DNA from: the human T2T-CHM13v2.0 reference genome, Homo sapiens
NCBI RefSeq assembly: GCF_009914755.1
Contig: NC_060932.1
Strand: one strand, 5' to 3'
Length of the DNA stretch: 64,000 nt
Part shown: positions 1 through 16,745 of the stretch, piece after piece
Position numbering within the stretch: the stretch's first letter is position 1
Layout of the letters: each line of letters opens with the position of its first letter
Position numbers and translations under genes: made by a program
The notes under the pieces: model-generated
Databases searched by the model: none
Seen by the model: only the letters and a program-made list of their open reading frames with translations
What the model was told of the DNA's origin: nothing

Positions 1-414
1 TCTCCAGTTCTGCACAAAGAACTGAACTGATTCCAACTTCCCACAGGCAGTTTGTCTTTCGCCTGATAAACATGAGGCATTTCAGGCAAAAAGAACTGCA
101 TTTTTCTAGGGGGGACAGAAGAGATTCTAATGGGAGCTCACGAAACTACTTGACCTGCTACTAAATTGTGTAATGCAAACCCAGCAGCGTCCAATGGTGA
201 CAGTGCGCAGGGGCTCCGAGGGGAGGACTGGGGAGAATTCTGACCCCCCCAGGCTACGGGATCTCCCCTACCACTGCATGTCCACATCGCCTCTTGCTCT
301 CCAGCTCACCTGGCACACTCCTGGTTAAGACCTTCCTGCCTCAACTTCGGGTGGTTACACTTACCGCCTGCCATACACAGGTAGGTGAATCTCAGATGAC
401 ACTCCCAAATCTAG

Positions 415-687
<273 letters not shown>

Positions 688-964
688 CCACTCACCTTCT
701 TAAAACAGAGTTTCCCATCATACCAGCCTTCTTTTAAAAAGTTGTCAGCGGCTCTCCAGTATCTTTCAATGAAGTCCAAGTTACTTCTGGAACTTCAGGC
801 CTTCCACAGCCTACCTGGGCCTGCCATTCCCACGGGGATCCCCTCCTGCTCCTGGGTCATCTAAGCTGTCCAGACCAGCCTTTATTCAGGGCCACCCTGT
901 CACCTGCATCCCTGCTGGTGGCATCCAGCTCATCTTTAGTCAGGACCTGTTCAAAGACCATTCA

Positions 965-1260
965 GGCCGGGTGTGGTGGCTCACACCTGTAATTCCAGCA
1001 CTTTAGGAGGCCGAGGCAGGCAGATCACCTGAGGTCAGGAGTTTGAGACCAGCCTGTCCAACATGATGAAACCCTGTCTCTACTAAAAATACAAAAATTA
1101 GTTGGGCATGGTGGTGTGTCCCTGTAATCCCAGCTACTAGGGAGGAGAATCACTTGAACCCAGGAGATCACTTGAACCCAGGAAGTTGTAGTGAGCTGAG
1201 ATCACACCACTGCACTCCAGCCTGGGAGACAGAGTGAGACTCCATCTCAAAAATAAAAAT
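965..1260 (+). mobile_element. Alu (AluS-like) with rearranged right arm
   Basis: ggccgggtgtggtggctcac...; atcacttgaacccagga occurs twice in tandem. Confidence 0.92.
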
Positions 1261-1262
1261 TG

Positions 1263-1560
<298 letters not shown>

Positions 1561-1689
1561 GATTTTAAAAGACCCTTCATTCAGAGTTCAGAAAGCAACA
1601 CCAGATCCTCACAGCCAGACAGCTCTCCCGTCTCTGAACTCAGGGTGTGGAACACTCGGCAGCCTTCGCAGCGTGCCTTCCGTCCCTCA

Positions 1690-2700
1690 CTTGCTTAACG
1701 TATGCCAAGAAGCTGCTCTGACCAGGCCTCACTGCATACTGGGAAAGGAGAGAGCACACGGCAGCTACGTGGGAGACTCAGGGAAGGATGAGCTCGAGCT
1801 CTGCCACCACAGGACATGGAGGGAGGGGACACTCAAGGGCTTGCAGGAGGGAGGGGCCGAGTGGGTTGGCAGAAAAAGAGAGACGGACATTCCAGGTGGA
1901 GGGAAGAGCACAGATGAAGGGCATTTCACAAAGGCCAGGGTACGGCATGCAAGGGCCCAGCAACACGAAGAGGCAGACAGAGAGAGAGAGAGAGAGAGGG
2001 AGACTGGGACCAGATTACATAGAGACTTAGACACCAAAGTGAGAAGCCCATTTGTTTTTGAGAAAACTGTAAGACACACCAGAAGATGGATTCAAGAGGG
2101 CCAGGCTAGTGACAGCGAAAGAGTTAACTAGGCTCCCGTGAAGGCTCAGATAAAACGTGTTTGGCATGTGTACCAAGGCAAAGAGGGAGAGAAGATGGAG
2201 GGATATTTAAGAGAAAGAACAGATGAGCCTTGGGGAAGAACGGATGGAACTCCAGCGGTGAGAGAACCATCTGCAACAGCCCCAGGACTCTTGCCGGCAC
2301 TTCCCAGCAGATGATAATGGCTTTTGCCACCAAAGGAAACACAGAAAGGTGAGCCCGTCTGGAGAGAATGACAATCCATCAGAGTTTGAACAAGCTGAAC
2401 TGGAGGTGTTTTCGGGGCTGCCAGGTGAAAAAGTCAGGAAGCCAGCTAAAAACATTGACATGGAATTCAAGACCGGAAATAGACATTTCAGAGTCATTAC
2501 CATCATGTTAGAGCCTATGAAATCATTTAGGAAAAATATAGTGTATGGTAAGTATTAAGGACAAAACTGTTAGGAACATCCATAGCTGGGGATGCAGCAG
2601 TGAAGCAGAGTCGGGAACAGTCAGTGTGGCACGGCACGGGCCAGGGGAGGGAAGCTCCCCACCTACAGGAGGACTGGCCAGTCACTGGCGTCTCCCAAGG
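1690..2700 (+). mobile_element. Degenerate L2-like LINE remnant, including an (AG)n run at ~1975-1998
   Basis: Purine-rich decayed sequence with L2-like phrases (e.g. gagtttgaacaagctgaactggaggtg); boundaries uncertain. Confidence 0.45.
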
Positions 2701-3686
2701 ATGAGTAAGTGGCAACCACGGAGGGGGAGGGAGGTTAAAAGCCTGATTTCAATGGCGGAAAAGTACAAGAAGGATGAAAAAGTGAAGGGGAAAGAGTAAG
2801 GAGTAGCCAGAGAGAAACCCATGGTTTAGAAGAGGATTTGGGCATATCGGCTGAGGGACTGGTACAAAACTGCTCAAAGCTTAGTGCGCAGAACCCCCCA
2901 GAGAATGGGTCAGAAACACAGATCGCAGCCCAGCGCCCACAGAAAGGGATGTCGAAGAGCTGGGTGGGCCAAGGAATCTGCGTTTTAGCAAAGACACTTT
3001 GATGCAGGTGGTCCATGGGCCGTGACCTACAAAAACAAGGGCAAGTTCAAAAGACCAAAGAGAAAGGATACCTGATCCGGAACACAAGTCAGACGATTCA
3101 CCTCTGATGAGAGGAGGAGCCCATCTTCCTCTACAACGAAACAGATGGGAAAAACAAGTGTATCCCAGAGGAAAGAGGGGAAGCAGAGAAGGTTTCTGCC
3201 TGATGGCCTCTGTGGATCTTTGAAAAGAGACCATGTGCTGAGAGGAAGGGATACAAGAGTGGGGAAAAGCCTTAAAAAAAGTGGCATGTTGACAACAGCT
3301 GAAACTAGGCACACACTTGCCCCTGTGTTTTGATGAATGAATGTTTAGTGGGAGAGCCCTATGATACAGATAAGCATATTTTCCCCATGGTGTTCAAATT
3401 CATGGGATAAAATGGGCACTACTCACCAAAGTCAACCTGTCCCCTTCTCAAGATACAAAAGCAGCAGATGACTTAAAGGACCAGGTTTGCCGCCCACTCT
3501 CTATTACCCTCCTCTCTGACAAAGACAGGAAGATTCCTTACATGAACTGCTATCATATCCCCATTTTTTAAAAAAGCAAGTCTCCATTTGTCCACCAGAA
3601 TTGTGACATTCACTTCCCAGCAAACCAGAAGTTTATAGGTACCACAAAGATGGACCTAGAAATACTGTTCTGTTTGTTCCCTAAGG

Positions 3687-4004
3687 CGGGGGCCCGCAAC
3701 CCCTGGTGGCCTGTTAGGAACTGAGCCGCACAGCAGGAGGTGGGTGGCAGCCTAGCGAGCTTTGCAGCCTGAGCTCTGCCTCCCGTCAGCTCAGCAGCGG
3801 CCTCAGGTTCTCACAGGAGTGCAAACTCTATTGTGACCTGTGCACACCAAGGATCTAGGTTGCACGCTCCTTATGAGAATCTAATGCCTGATGATCTGAG
3901 GTGGAAGAGTTTCAACCCAAAACCATCCCCTTGCCACCATGGTCCGCAGAAAAACTGTCTTCCACAAAACTGGTCCTTGGTGCCAAAGAGGTTGGGGACC
4001 GCTG
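3687..4004 (+). mobile_element. MER1B-like hAT-Charlie non-autonomous DNA transposon
   Basis: ggcctgttaggaac...ggatctaggttgcacgctccttatgagaatctaatgcctgatgatctgaggtgg...gttggggaccgctg; 8-bp TSD ccctaagg / cccaaagg. Confidence 0.88.
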
Positions 4005-4558
4005 CCCAAAGGGAAGGAAGGAGTGGATAACAGCAGGACAAGCTCCGCAGCAGGCAGGGCCCCTGGTGCTGCTGTGTGAGGCCTTAGACAAATCATTCCA
4101 CCTTCCTGGGACTCAGGTTCCTGTTCTGTCAACCAAATTGATTAGCTGACATCTACCGTCTCGTCTCATTCTGTGATACTAGGGATCACTATTTCCCATA
4201 CTGAAACTGAAATGCCACAGTTAATTATCATGTCTAACAGAAACTGTCAGCAGGGAAAGTTGACATTTCTCTTACAAAACCAAAAGCCAAAAAGTACACA
4301 GAGAAAGAAAACCAAATTAAATAATTAATTAATTGAAAAGGAAACCAAAGCAGGTGATGCTTTCATCCCACCGTCAAGAAACGGCAACCCAAAGGCAGTT
4401 TTCATGTGACACATCAATCCCAATAAAATCAAAACACTAATTTATCAATCTTCCCGACAGCTCCCTGTGCTCAAACATGTCCCTCAGACAAAGAGGGCAC
4501 GTGCAGCAGCCTGGCTCGATCTTCTGGATAATTCCTTCATGAAAACCTTCTTGGATAA

Positions 4559-4935
<377 letters not shown>

Positions 4936-5295
4936 TCTTCTTTTAAAAAACACTTTATTGTGAAATACAACACTGATTGACAAAACCACCAAAAATAAAG
5001 GTATCACTTAATGAATTATTATGAAGCAAACACCCTAGAAAACACGACACAGGTCCAGAAGCAGAATTTTACCAGCCCCCTAGAAGCCCTCGATTTGCCC
5101 ATCCCAATGCTGACGTCCTCCCTCGCCCACAGGGCCCACCACCCAGACTTTGTGCTAGTCACTGCCTTGCTTCTCTTTGCCATTTTACCACGTAAGCATG
5201 CAGCAATGAAACTACAGTTTAGCTGTGCCTGTTTTTAAATGCGTCATTTAACTCTCTCTTAAACTACAGATAGCCTTTTCATCTCTTTGTTTTGT

Positions 5296-5296
<1 letters not shown>

Positions 5297-5326
<30 letters not shown>
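5297..5326. repeat. (TG)n microsatellite
   Basis: ~14 TG units read directly. Confidence 0.95.
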
Positions 5327-5327
<1 letters not shown>

Positions 5328-6534
5328 TGTAAAATACACATAATTTAAAGTTTACCACTTTAACCATTTTTAAATGTACGGGGTCAGCAGCATTAAGCAC
5401 ATTCACACTGTTGTACAATCATCACCATCATCTATCTCCAGAACTTCATGCCTTTTTCCCCCTGATAATTTACTTGTTGAGAGAACCAATTCATGGACTG
5501 CAGGGTTTCCTGGAGTCTGGACTGCCAACTGTGTCCCCGTGGTGTAGTTTAACAAGTTTTTCTGCCTTCTGAAGTCCTGTAAATTAGCAGTTAGAGCCAG
5601 AGCGCTGATCAGCCTCAGGTGTGATTCTGGGACACTGCTAATTCACAGAAGGTGCTGTGTTCTCCCAGCAGGAGGAACATAATGTGTGGTTGTCTCTTAT
5701 TTTGTTATGTGGATGCTTACTGTCTCGACTCATTAATCTATTAGGGATGGCAAAATGATGATATCCGAATTCTATCCTCCTTATCTCCATTGTTAGCCCA
5801 AATACTTCTATAAAGAGAGACTCCCCTCATCAACTGGTATTAGATCGTCCAATCGCGCAGTCTACATGAAAAGGCAGAATAAATACTCATTGCTTACCAT
5901 TTTCAAAATGATAAATCACTTCCCCATCATTTTCCAAGGGCGAACAATTCTCTCAAGTAGCATTGAGAACTCATGGACTGAAACACAGTTCGCATCTTTA
6001 CTGATGCTCAAATTGCCAGTGGTCACTTCTTCAGGCGGAGCCCTTCAACACAACCTCAATGCTCTCTAATCACTCCTTTGCTGCAAGTTTGACAAGATGG
6101 TCCAAGATCACCTTCCTGCTCTGTTTCCTGCTCCACATCTAGAACTGGTTATTTTTCTCTGAGTGAGAAAGTGTGTTTCAAGACCAGGAGGTGGGCATTA
6201 GGAATGCTCACTGCTGCTGGACTGGTCCGTTTCTAGACTCGGACACTGTACAAGGCTAGGAGATTGATAGCTTTTCAAATAGTTCATGATTTCTTGCTAT
6301 TTTTTATTCAAATTCTAAACTACAAGGTTTTTACTTAACTTCATATCTGACATCAGTTACTTCCTGTCTTCCATATGAGAACCCTAGTTCAAAACTAGAT
6401 TCAGATGATAGAATGAGATTATCACAGAATTAATCATTTACTTTACCCTACACTGATACCTAGTTTCAGAATATGAGTACTAACACTATCTCTACCAAAA
6501 CAATTACAGAGAACAGTTTAAAAATTACTTTTGG

Positions 6535-6868
<334 letters not shown>

Positions 6869-8849
6869 TTAAATTATTGTGATGGATACTGTAAGAGCAG
6901 ATTACCATGACATACTATCTTCTCCCTTTGAATGCTCATTTGGTCTTAGCTATACAAGCAACGATATGTTTAATGTTCACCACAAGTCCTTATGACAACG
7001 TCTCTCTAGTTACTTTGGCTGTGCTTCCCTAGTAGAATCCTCAAGAAATCATGAGAATTTAATTCTTCCAGTCTTGCGTGTTGACAACAATTTGTCTAAG
7101 CCCTGTATACCTAAAAGTTAGTGTGGCTGTGCCTACAAATCTCTGGCTTAAATTTTCATTACATGAGTAGCTAGACATAGTCTAGATACATGCTATTCTA
7201 TTGGCTTCTGGAATACTGCTGCTGTCAAAAAGTCCAATGATAATCTGATTTTCTTTATTTCATAAATCACTTGCTATCTGGGTCTAAAAGCCCAAAAGAC
7301 TTTAAGTCCAGTAATATAACTAGAATATGTCCCGCTCATTCTAAGTCAAGATTCTCATGTATACAGTGTACCCATTCATGCAACAGTTTCAAGGGTTTTT
7401 TTTTTTAATTACAGAAAGTTTTCTGTGAATTATAGTTTTTAACATGTTGTGGTTCCATTGTTTCCGTTTCCTTCTCTGGTGTCTCATAGCAGATATATGT
7501 ATGTATATATGTATGCATGCATGCATGTACGTTAGATCTTCTTTGCCTAGCTTCTAAGTGTGTCACTTTCTCTTTAATCATCTTTCTCTCGATTCTTTTT
7601 TCTTCTCTCTTTTCATCTTCTGCTTCCCTTAATGTATCTGGCAGGTATATATAACTCACTAGAAACTACAATGCTGGAAAAAAAAATTTATTCTATTACA
7701 AATTCTTTCCTGAGTTATATCCATCTCATCTCTGAGTTTTTCTCATTCAGATTTATGTTATTCTTTTGTACTTCTTCTTCATGTCTTTTAGCTCATTATG
7801 GGTTTTTGTAATTTTTATCAGCTTCTGAGCACGTTCTTCTATGTTATCTCGCTGCTTATGTTTTCACTAGAATCACTCTGCATAGAGTTTGGCCATGATC
7901 CTTTTCTGTTGACCATCTTTACATGAAACTAGTTTTCATGAATGTTTAGGAGAAATGATTCAGGATAGCTCTTCTAATTCTAGTAAATCTACACACTGTA
8001 TTCTGTGTTTGGGGGTGGTACTCAAGAATATAAGAAATTACTTTCTAGACCACTTAACTCTGTTCTCCTCCCCTAGTTTCAGCCAGATCTTCTCTTTCCT
8101 TGCTTCTGCTATCCCACCTCTGTTCCCAGCAGCTTCTCCACAGGTGAGGCTTTGTTCTAGAGGAATTATTTGCACTCATCTGCTACTGGAACATACAAAC
8201 TCCTCCACATTTCAGCTGCTGTTCTCAACTTGGCCCACTGAGCTGCCCAATGAGTACCTGCTGGCTGTGTGGGGATTCCTGGGTGTGTGTGTTTCCGGCT
8301 TCCTCTTGTGCAGACGGTGAAACCGTGTTGTTATTAGTGGTTTGTCCACATCTACTTATATTTTGGGGTCCGTGGGGATACTCTGGTAACTGGTTTTGCT
8401 ATATATTTTTGCCTATGGGTATTTGGTTTTTCTATTCTAGTTGTTCAGTCTGTTTGACTGAATAGTTCATATATTCAAAACCTAAGACAGTTTGCCACCA
8501 TCTTCCAGGACTTCTAATTTTAAACATAAAATTCCAAGAAATCAGAGATTTCAAGTATTATAAGGATCATAGGAAAAGAATATACTATTTTGTGGGTGAA
8601 AAGTTGACTTCTCTTACCCTAGGCTAGTTATATGAAGAAGATAGATATCTGCCAAGAATTTGAAGATAAGGTAAATAATTTGCTTTCTGATGTTTCATTT
8701 AGAAACAATTTCTAAAATTCACTTAGAAATCAAAATAATACATCCAAACAGTGCTCTACAAAATCTTTTTCTTGTTACTATTTTGAAAAATATCGAGCCT
8801 ACAGAAAAGTCACAAGAAATGAAGATCTATATCTCTTTATCTAAAGCCA

Positions 8850-9310
8850 ACTTTTTTTTTGTAATTTCAACTTTTATTTTAGATTTAGCGGGTACGTGTT
8901 CAGGTTTGTTACATGAGTATACTGTGTGATGCTGAGGTTTGGGAAATGAGTGATTCTGTCATCCGGACAGTGAGCGTGCTGCCCAACAACTGGTTTTTCC
9001 ATCCCTGACTCCTCACTCCCTGCCTTCTCGAGTAGCCTCCGTGTCTGTTGCTGCCACCTTTATGTCTGTGAGGACTCAATGCATACCTCCCACTTATATG
9101 TGAGAATATGCTGTATTTGCTTTTCTATTCCTGCATTCATTGGTTTAGGATAATGGCTTCCAGATGCATCCACGTTGCTGCAAAGGCCATGATTTCATTC
9201 TGTTCTATGGCTGCATAGTCTTCCAGGGTGTATATGTACCACATTTTCTTTATCCAATTCACTACTGATGGCCACTTAGGTCGATTCCACATATTTGGTA
9301 TTGTAAATAG
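8850..9310 (-). mobile_element. L1 3' end (old L1PA/L1PB-like)
   Basis: caacttttattttagatt...caggtttgttacatg...cccacttatatgtgagaatatg...tatatgtaccacattttctttatcca, i.e. reverse L1 3'UTR and ORF2 end. Confidence 0.85.
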
Positions 9311-9403
9311 TTAAAGACACTTCTTTTTAATAATTTGACATTTTTACTTTATTTCTCTCTAGATTCACATTCACACTGTATTTTTTTTCCTTCACCCTAT
9401 TAA

Positions 9404-9742
<339 letters not shown>

Positions 9743-11419
9743 TGATCTTTCACTCTTAAATGCTTCTGCATTTATTTCCTAAGAACAAGAATTTTCTGCT
9801 ACAATTTCAATTTCATTATCATACTTGATATATTTGTCATTGATACAATAATATTATAGTATTCAATTTCTTCAATTGTCCCAAAACAAAGTCTTCTTTT
9901 TTAAATCCAGGATACAATTAAGGATCATGCACGGCATTTGATTGTTACAGCTCTTCAATCTCCTTTAATCTAGAACATTCTTCCCACTTGCGTTTATAAA
10001 ATGGGAATTACAACATTTACTTTATAGAGTTTTTACAAAGATTAAATAGAAATAATGCCAGAAAAAAAGTGGCTAGCCCAGTCTTTATACACAACATGTG
10101 ACAATGCTCAGTAAACATTAATTATCTTCCAGCTATCTATGGCCGACACTGAATCCAGGATCCCGGTTTGTGCAACAGCTATCCAGGTTGCTGTGAATTT
10201 TTTAAGCATCATTTAACTTCAGTAACCATAATTAATGCGAGTCCATGCCTGAGAATCAAATTGGATCCACACGTGGTCCCCCATTAGATGTCTCTGAGAA
10301 TGTTAGACTGTGAGCTACAGGGGGTCGTCTCCCAGTTCCCAGAGGCCACAAATGAGCCTCTGCCACTGAGTTCACAGCCACTTCACATAAGGGCGCCGTG
10401 ATTGTCTCGTGCTTCCTCAGACTGAACTGCACGTAACAAGGCAGCCTCCATGGACCAAGCTCTGGGTGGTTCTTCGTGCCTACCTTTTCCTCCATAAAAC
10501 TTGACCTGGTTTCCTGGTTTTTCTAAGGTAAAACTTACCTTAGAGATTTGCTGTCTCTTTCTGCCACATACTATGTAAACAACCAGCCAGAGCTTCTATT
10601 AACTGTTATTAATAAAGGGGGCATCTCATGAGTAACCACTACGTGCCATGACCAGCAATCAGGCCAGCCTCACATTTACAAACCACCTGGTGACCATAAT
10701 TCGAGGCCTGATTTGGTTTTGTTTTAAAAGATAGAAGAAGGTATTCCCAGGCTACAAGTCCCAAATTGCAATTTTGCTCAATTTTTCTCTCTGACCTTAG
10801 AAGGGCAGAGAGACTGCCCTAGTCCCCTCTATAACAAAAGGCAGAAGCACAGTCATAACAGGACAAAATAGGTCTGCACTGAACATGCAAATTCAAACAA
10901 CCAAGCACAAAAAGCCAAGCCTTCCACATGGAAGCCTTCCACACTGTTCCTCAGGAATAAGACGACCCTGGCAGGCCATGGGAGAAACCACGGTCACCAT
11001 TCCCTCACTGCTAGCCTGGAGTCCACGTGCCAAGACATAGCCCTGGGGTAATATCCAGTCCCAAGTGTTCCAGGGGCAGGTGCTGGGCACCATTTATTCT
11101 GCCAAACCCCCTTCTTGGGAAAAAGAAGTCAGAACCTATGTAACCCTCTGTCTACTGATTAAAAAGAAAAAATGCAGTTCAGCGGGATAAAGCCGTTTAC
11201 ACACCAACCAAAAAAATCCGTGTCATCAGACATTTTTAAGTCTTGGTATAATTTGAAATCCTCTCAACTTTTTTCATTTTCTAATGTATCCAACCCTAAA
11301 TCTGTTTTTCTACATTTGTTAATAATATAAAAAGAATATTTTACCAAATACCAGCACTATACAAGAAGCTCATGCTGACTATTTGAACTGCAGAGGGTGC
11401 AGACAGCAAACTCTATGGA

Positions 11420-11808
11420 GGGCGTCTGTTAGGGACTGAGGTGCGTCCCCCTTCCCCAGCTGCATCTACTGAAGGCCTATCCCCCAGTGGGACAGCTTTA
11501 GGAGGTGGGGCCTTTGGGAGGTAATTAGGGTTAGATGAAGCAATGGAGATGGAGCCCCCTCTATGAGATGAGTGCCCTTGTAAGAAGGGGTGGACACCAG
11601 AGCTCCCTCTCTCCTCCACGTGGAGACGCAGCACGAAGGTGGCCATCTGCAAGCCAGGAAGAGGGCCCTCCCTCACCAGAAAATCACCACGGCTGACAGT
11701 CTGATCTCAGACTCCCAGTCTCCAGAGCTATGAGGAAATAAATCTTGGTTGTTTAAGCTGTTCTGTCTGTGGTATTTTGTTAAGGGAGCCTGAGTTGACT
11801 GAAAGACT
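11420..11808 (+). mobile_element. MLT1A-like MaLR solo LTR
   Basis: ggaggtggggcctttgggaggtaattagggttagatga...ggccatctgcaagccaggaagaggg...gaaataaatcttggttgtttaagc. Confidence 0.8.
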
Positions 11809-11859
11809 CCACACTGCCTCCAAATGAATGCTTCATAATTTGGCATAATTAATTTATGA

Positions 11860-12159
<300 letters not shown>

Positions 12160-12587
12160 AATCTATGAAATCTTATCTCTAATCAGTCCTAATGTTACAA
12201 CAAATATAAATTTCCATTTCTTCCACACTCCACCTCCTTATAGATATCATCAGACTTTGAAGGAAAACTTTATCATCACAGCTAATTAGATGTCTAAAGA
12301 ATCACAGCAGTTATACTTGAAAAAACGCAGTAATTCCTACATTCCACTAATTTAGAATGACCTGCTGGTAAATGAGTACAAAATAATAAAGAGTGAGAAT
12401 TAAATCATTTAGATAAAAAGTACTTTTATTACTTTCAGACACATACAGTAACACACTCTGTTAACAAAGTGCCCAGGAGATGTCTCAGGCAGCTTGAGTT
12501 AATGAATGACAAGTGAGTTACAAACAGCAAACAGCAGGCATCAAGGGATGGGGGTTGCTACACAGTATCTAGGACCCTGACGTGCTA

Positions 12588-12818
<231 letters not shown>

Positions 12819-13228
12819 TTACCAATCCCCTAGAAAATTCTGATGCATTCTCAAAAGCCAAGGAAAAAGAAGAGCTTTTAAAATGTGTAAGATCAAAGTG
12901 ACAAGAACATTCCAGAACCAAGAAGTGTTGCAAGGCAATCACCCCTGTTTATGAAGGAGGCACAGGGAGGAGGAAGAACTGCTCATCTCTAGAGGCACCG
13001 AGCTCAAGCCAAGCCATCTTGACGCCTTAGTGAGCAACTCCTTCTCATTGACCAAATAAATGCTGTTTTGCTCTTATAAACTAAATCAGAGTTAAACTAA
13101 ATTTCTCCACAATGAATATTTTCTGTATTATATCACCTTAAAGAGAAACAGATCCAAGTGTAGTAGGGAAAGTGTATATTTAATATGAGACACCTCTTCA
13201 CAAAAAGAGAATAAAAAATCAAAACCCA

Positions 13229-13541
<313 letters not shown>

Positions 13542-15436
13542 TTAAGGACGGCACCTTGGGAAGGGCCTCCGGGGAGAGGTGTTTCCCTTGCTTTCTGGCA
13601 AATACACCATGGTCTTTAATAAAAAGTCTTGAATGTTAGAGTCACATGGCCTTGACTTTGGTGCCTTTTTGACACTGACTAACTCGAGTGCCATGGAGAA
13701 TAATGATCCCTTGGAGTCAAGGTTTCTTCGTGTGTAAAATGGGGATAACAATTACTGCACCACAGGGTTATTTTACAGATTCAATAAAGTACTATCTGTA
13801 AAAGCACCAAGAAGACCACAGCACTGTAAGAACCTCAGGCAACACGGGAGGAAGGGGGACAGGAAGGGGACATGGGGAGGCCACTGCTGGTGCCCGCTGA
13901 AGTAGCTGCGTCTCTCCACGGCTCCAGTTCCTAAAACCCAGGCACAGTATGATATGCTGCCTTGACATCCGGCAAAACTGGGAGGGCCCCAAACGGCCTC
14001 ACCACAAGTCCCCTCCTGACTCTGCTCCTGCAGATACAGGGTCCCTCAGCCAGGCAGGTTTCCAGGTGCGGAAAGCAGGTGCAGCCCTGTGTATCCTGGG
14101 CAGTGGGTGTCAGTTCCCTGCCAGCCTGGAAGGGACTGAAATAAGCCAGTCACATCCTCCCTGGGGAGCCGGGGGCAGCCCTCCCTCTCCATACCCCAAA
14201 GCCCGCCTCCCCCAGCCCCTGGGCAGCTGCTCTCTCTGTTCCTGAGTGCAGCCCACATGGCCCTACGTGGCATGGTATCCTCCTTCCCCAGCTGTGAGTG
14301 TCTGTGACCAATGAACTGCTGTCAGGTGCACATGCCCTGTGCACATGCTAGGTCTCTGGCTGTCCCCACATGGTAGAACAAGAAACCCTCCTGACCAACA
14401 CAGGGGACAGGAAGCCATGAGCACGGGGCCCTCCTCCTCCCAGGAAGGGCCCAGCTTCCAGGCTCTGCAAAGGTCCTCCTCCTGGTGCCCCTCCAGCCTA
14501 GGAGGCAGGAGCGACTTGCTGTTTTCCCACTATCCCCTTTCTGGGAACCAGTTTTTTATGCTGAACGTCTTCGGTCTGAATAAGGAGACGGTTTTAGAGA
14601 GATGAAGTAACTTATCCATGGTCACCAACTATGGAATCGGTCTAGAAGCCTAGATCCAAATGATTCCAAAGTCACATTCACTTCCTGCATGAAGACATTT
14701 CATGGTGAAGTTCAAATGTAAAGTCCTGGTCGGAAGACCCAGAAGTGAACCTCACAGGAGCTCAGGGGAAGACGGAGAGCTTGACCAAAATCCCCATGAA
14801 AGAAAAAAGATACGTGGTGTGCTAACTCCAGAACATGAGGACAAACTGAGCTGCAAAATAAGCAGACATATTCCTGGCCGGAGGTGTGCTCGACCATGGC
14901 ACGGTCCTGCAGAACTGGCCAAGCTCCCTCTGGAGCACGTCTGACAGACGGCGTTTACGTCTCCATGTTTCCTTAAAGAAGGATACTAACACAGAGAGAC
15001 AGATCCAGGGGACAGCGTCCTTGAAAAGTGTTTAGAAACCACATCACATTCATTTATTTACTTAGTCATTCACAGAACACCTCAAATGTGCCAGACACTC
15101 CACGTGTTACCTCACTTAATCCTCCCAACAACCAGTGAAATCATGGAAGGAGGTTAGCATATGTAACAGGTCATTCAGCTGTCAGTGGAAGACTTGGCAT
15201 ATTATACATGTTTGATAAATATTAGCTGCCCTTCAGCATCACCCAGTCCACCACCTTGGATGGTGTTCAGATGCTTTGCAAACTGATACTATCACAGTAT
15301 TTTAGAATGATCTGGGAAAAGACAGATGGCTGGGAAAAGGATGATGGAATCGTTGAGCAGGCTGGTTCCTGGAAAGTCAACTTTAACGACAGTCTGAGGA
15401 ATGAATCCCTACATTCAGATGGTTTCGAGAAGCTGT

Positions 15437-15725
15437 GGACCGGGCGCAGTGACTCACACCTGTAATCCCAGCACTTTGGGAGGCCAAGGCGGGCAGATCA
15501 CCTGAGGCCAGGCGTTCGAGGCCAGCCTGGGCAACAGGGTGAAACCCTGTCTCTACTAAAAATACAAAAATTAGCTGGGCATGGTGGCGCACACCTGTAG
15601 TCCTGGCTATTCAGGAGCCCAAGGCATGAGAGTCACTTGACCCAGGGAGGTGGAGGTTGCAGTGAGTCAAGGTCGCGCCACTACACTCCAGCCTGGGCAA
15701 CAAAGCGAGACTCCGTCCCCAAAAC
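15437..15725 (+). mobile_element. Alu (AluS-like)
   Basis: Full dimer; TSD agaagctgtgg. Confidence 0.92.
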
Positions 15726-16519
15726 AGAAGAAGCTGTGGCTGTTGGATGAGATTCTTATAGGAATTTAGTGAAAGGGAAATGGAGAATTGGAGGAAAGTA
15801 TTATCCAAAACTCAAAGTGGGAGATGGAATGGGTCAACAAGAATCACCTAAAGTCAAAGAAAGTGAATCATATCCAATTATAGCCACTCTAATTACAGGA
15901 TAAAAATCTAAACACTTCAGTCAAGCTTTGGGGGCAAAGGGTACAAAACGCTGGTCGCTTTGGTATTTCATGATGACAACAGGCTACTGAATTCTCTGTC
16001 TGGAAACCCGCTTCAACACATAACATTTGGCCCTTGGCTGCTCAGGGGAATGTGTGGATACTCACATATATGATTTATCCTTTAGACGGTAAGTCACTCA
16101 GTCAGAGAAAGAACAAAGATCTGTCTCCAAATGGGAAAAGAACTTCAAAGCCATCTTACAGGTGAGAAAGCAGAAGGAAAAGGAGAGTCTGACACAAAAT
16201 CACATCATCAATTGGGTCGCAGCTTTCTTCCCACTCCTTCAGAAGGGCTCTGACGACATCTTGGCTCATTAGTAAGGAAGGTAACTGACTTTCTTCCTTC
16301 CCACCTGCTCTCTCAAGCCATGCCAGTTCTCTGCCTACTCGATGTGACCTCCTCCACGCAGGACCCCCGGGCAGGCCCACCTGCTTCCGCTTGGTTGCCA
16401 TTCTATGTGTATTCTGAGAATCTACCCTCCCACAAGACGCTGGAGTTCCTTTCCACTGTGCTCTTCTGTAGGTGCCGACACGTCTGTGGGCAGCTGCAGA
16501 AGCTGTGGTTAAACACAAC

Positions 16520-16745
16520 TGAAACTACAGGCCTGGGTTCAAACCCCAGATCCCCACCTTCCTAGCTTGCCATTGGCTGTGTTACTTTCCTGGGGTCTCA
16601 GCTTCCCCTTCTTTTACAAGTAAAGCAGGGAGAAATACCTGTACCTACTTTCTAGGGCTGCTGTGAGGGTTAGCGGGTTTAAAACATATAGAGTACTTAG
16701 GACAGGGCACGGTGCCCAGTGAGTCTCAGTTAAGTGTTTGCTCTT
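16520..16745 (+). mobile_element. MIR-like SINE
   Basis: ggcctgggttcaaacccc...tctcagcttcccc...gggctgctgtgagggttag...gtacttaggacagggcacgg; strand call tentative. Confidence 0.6.
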
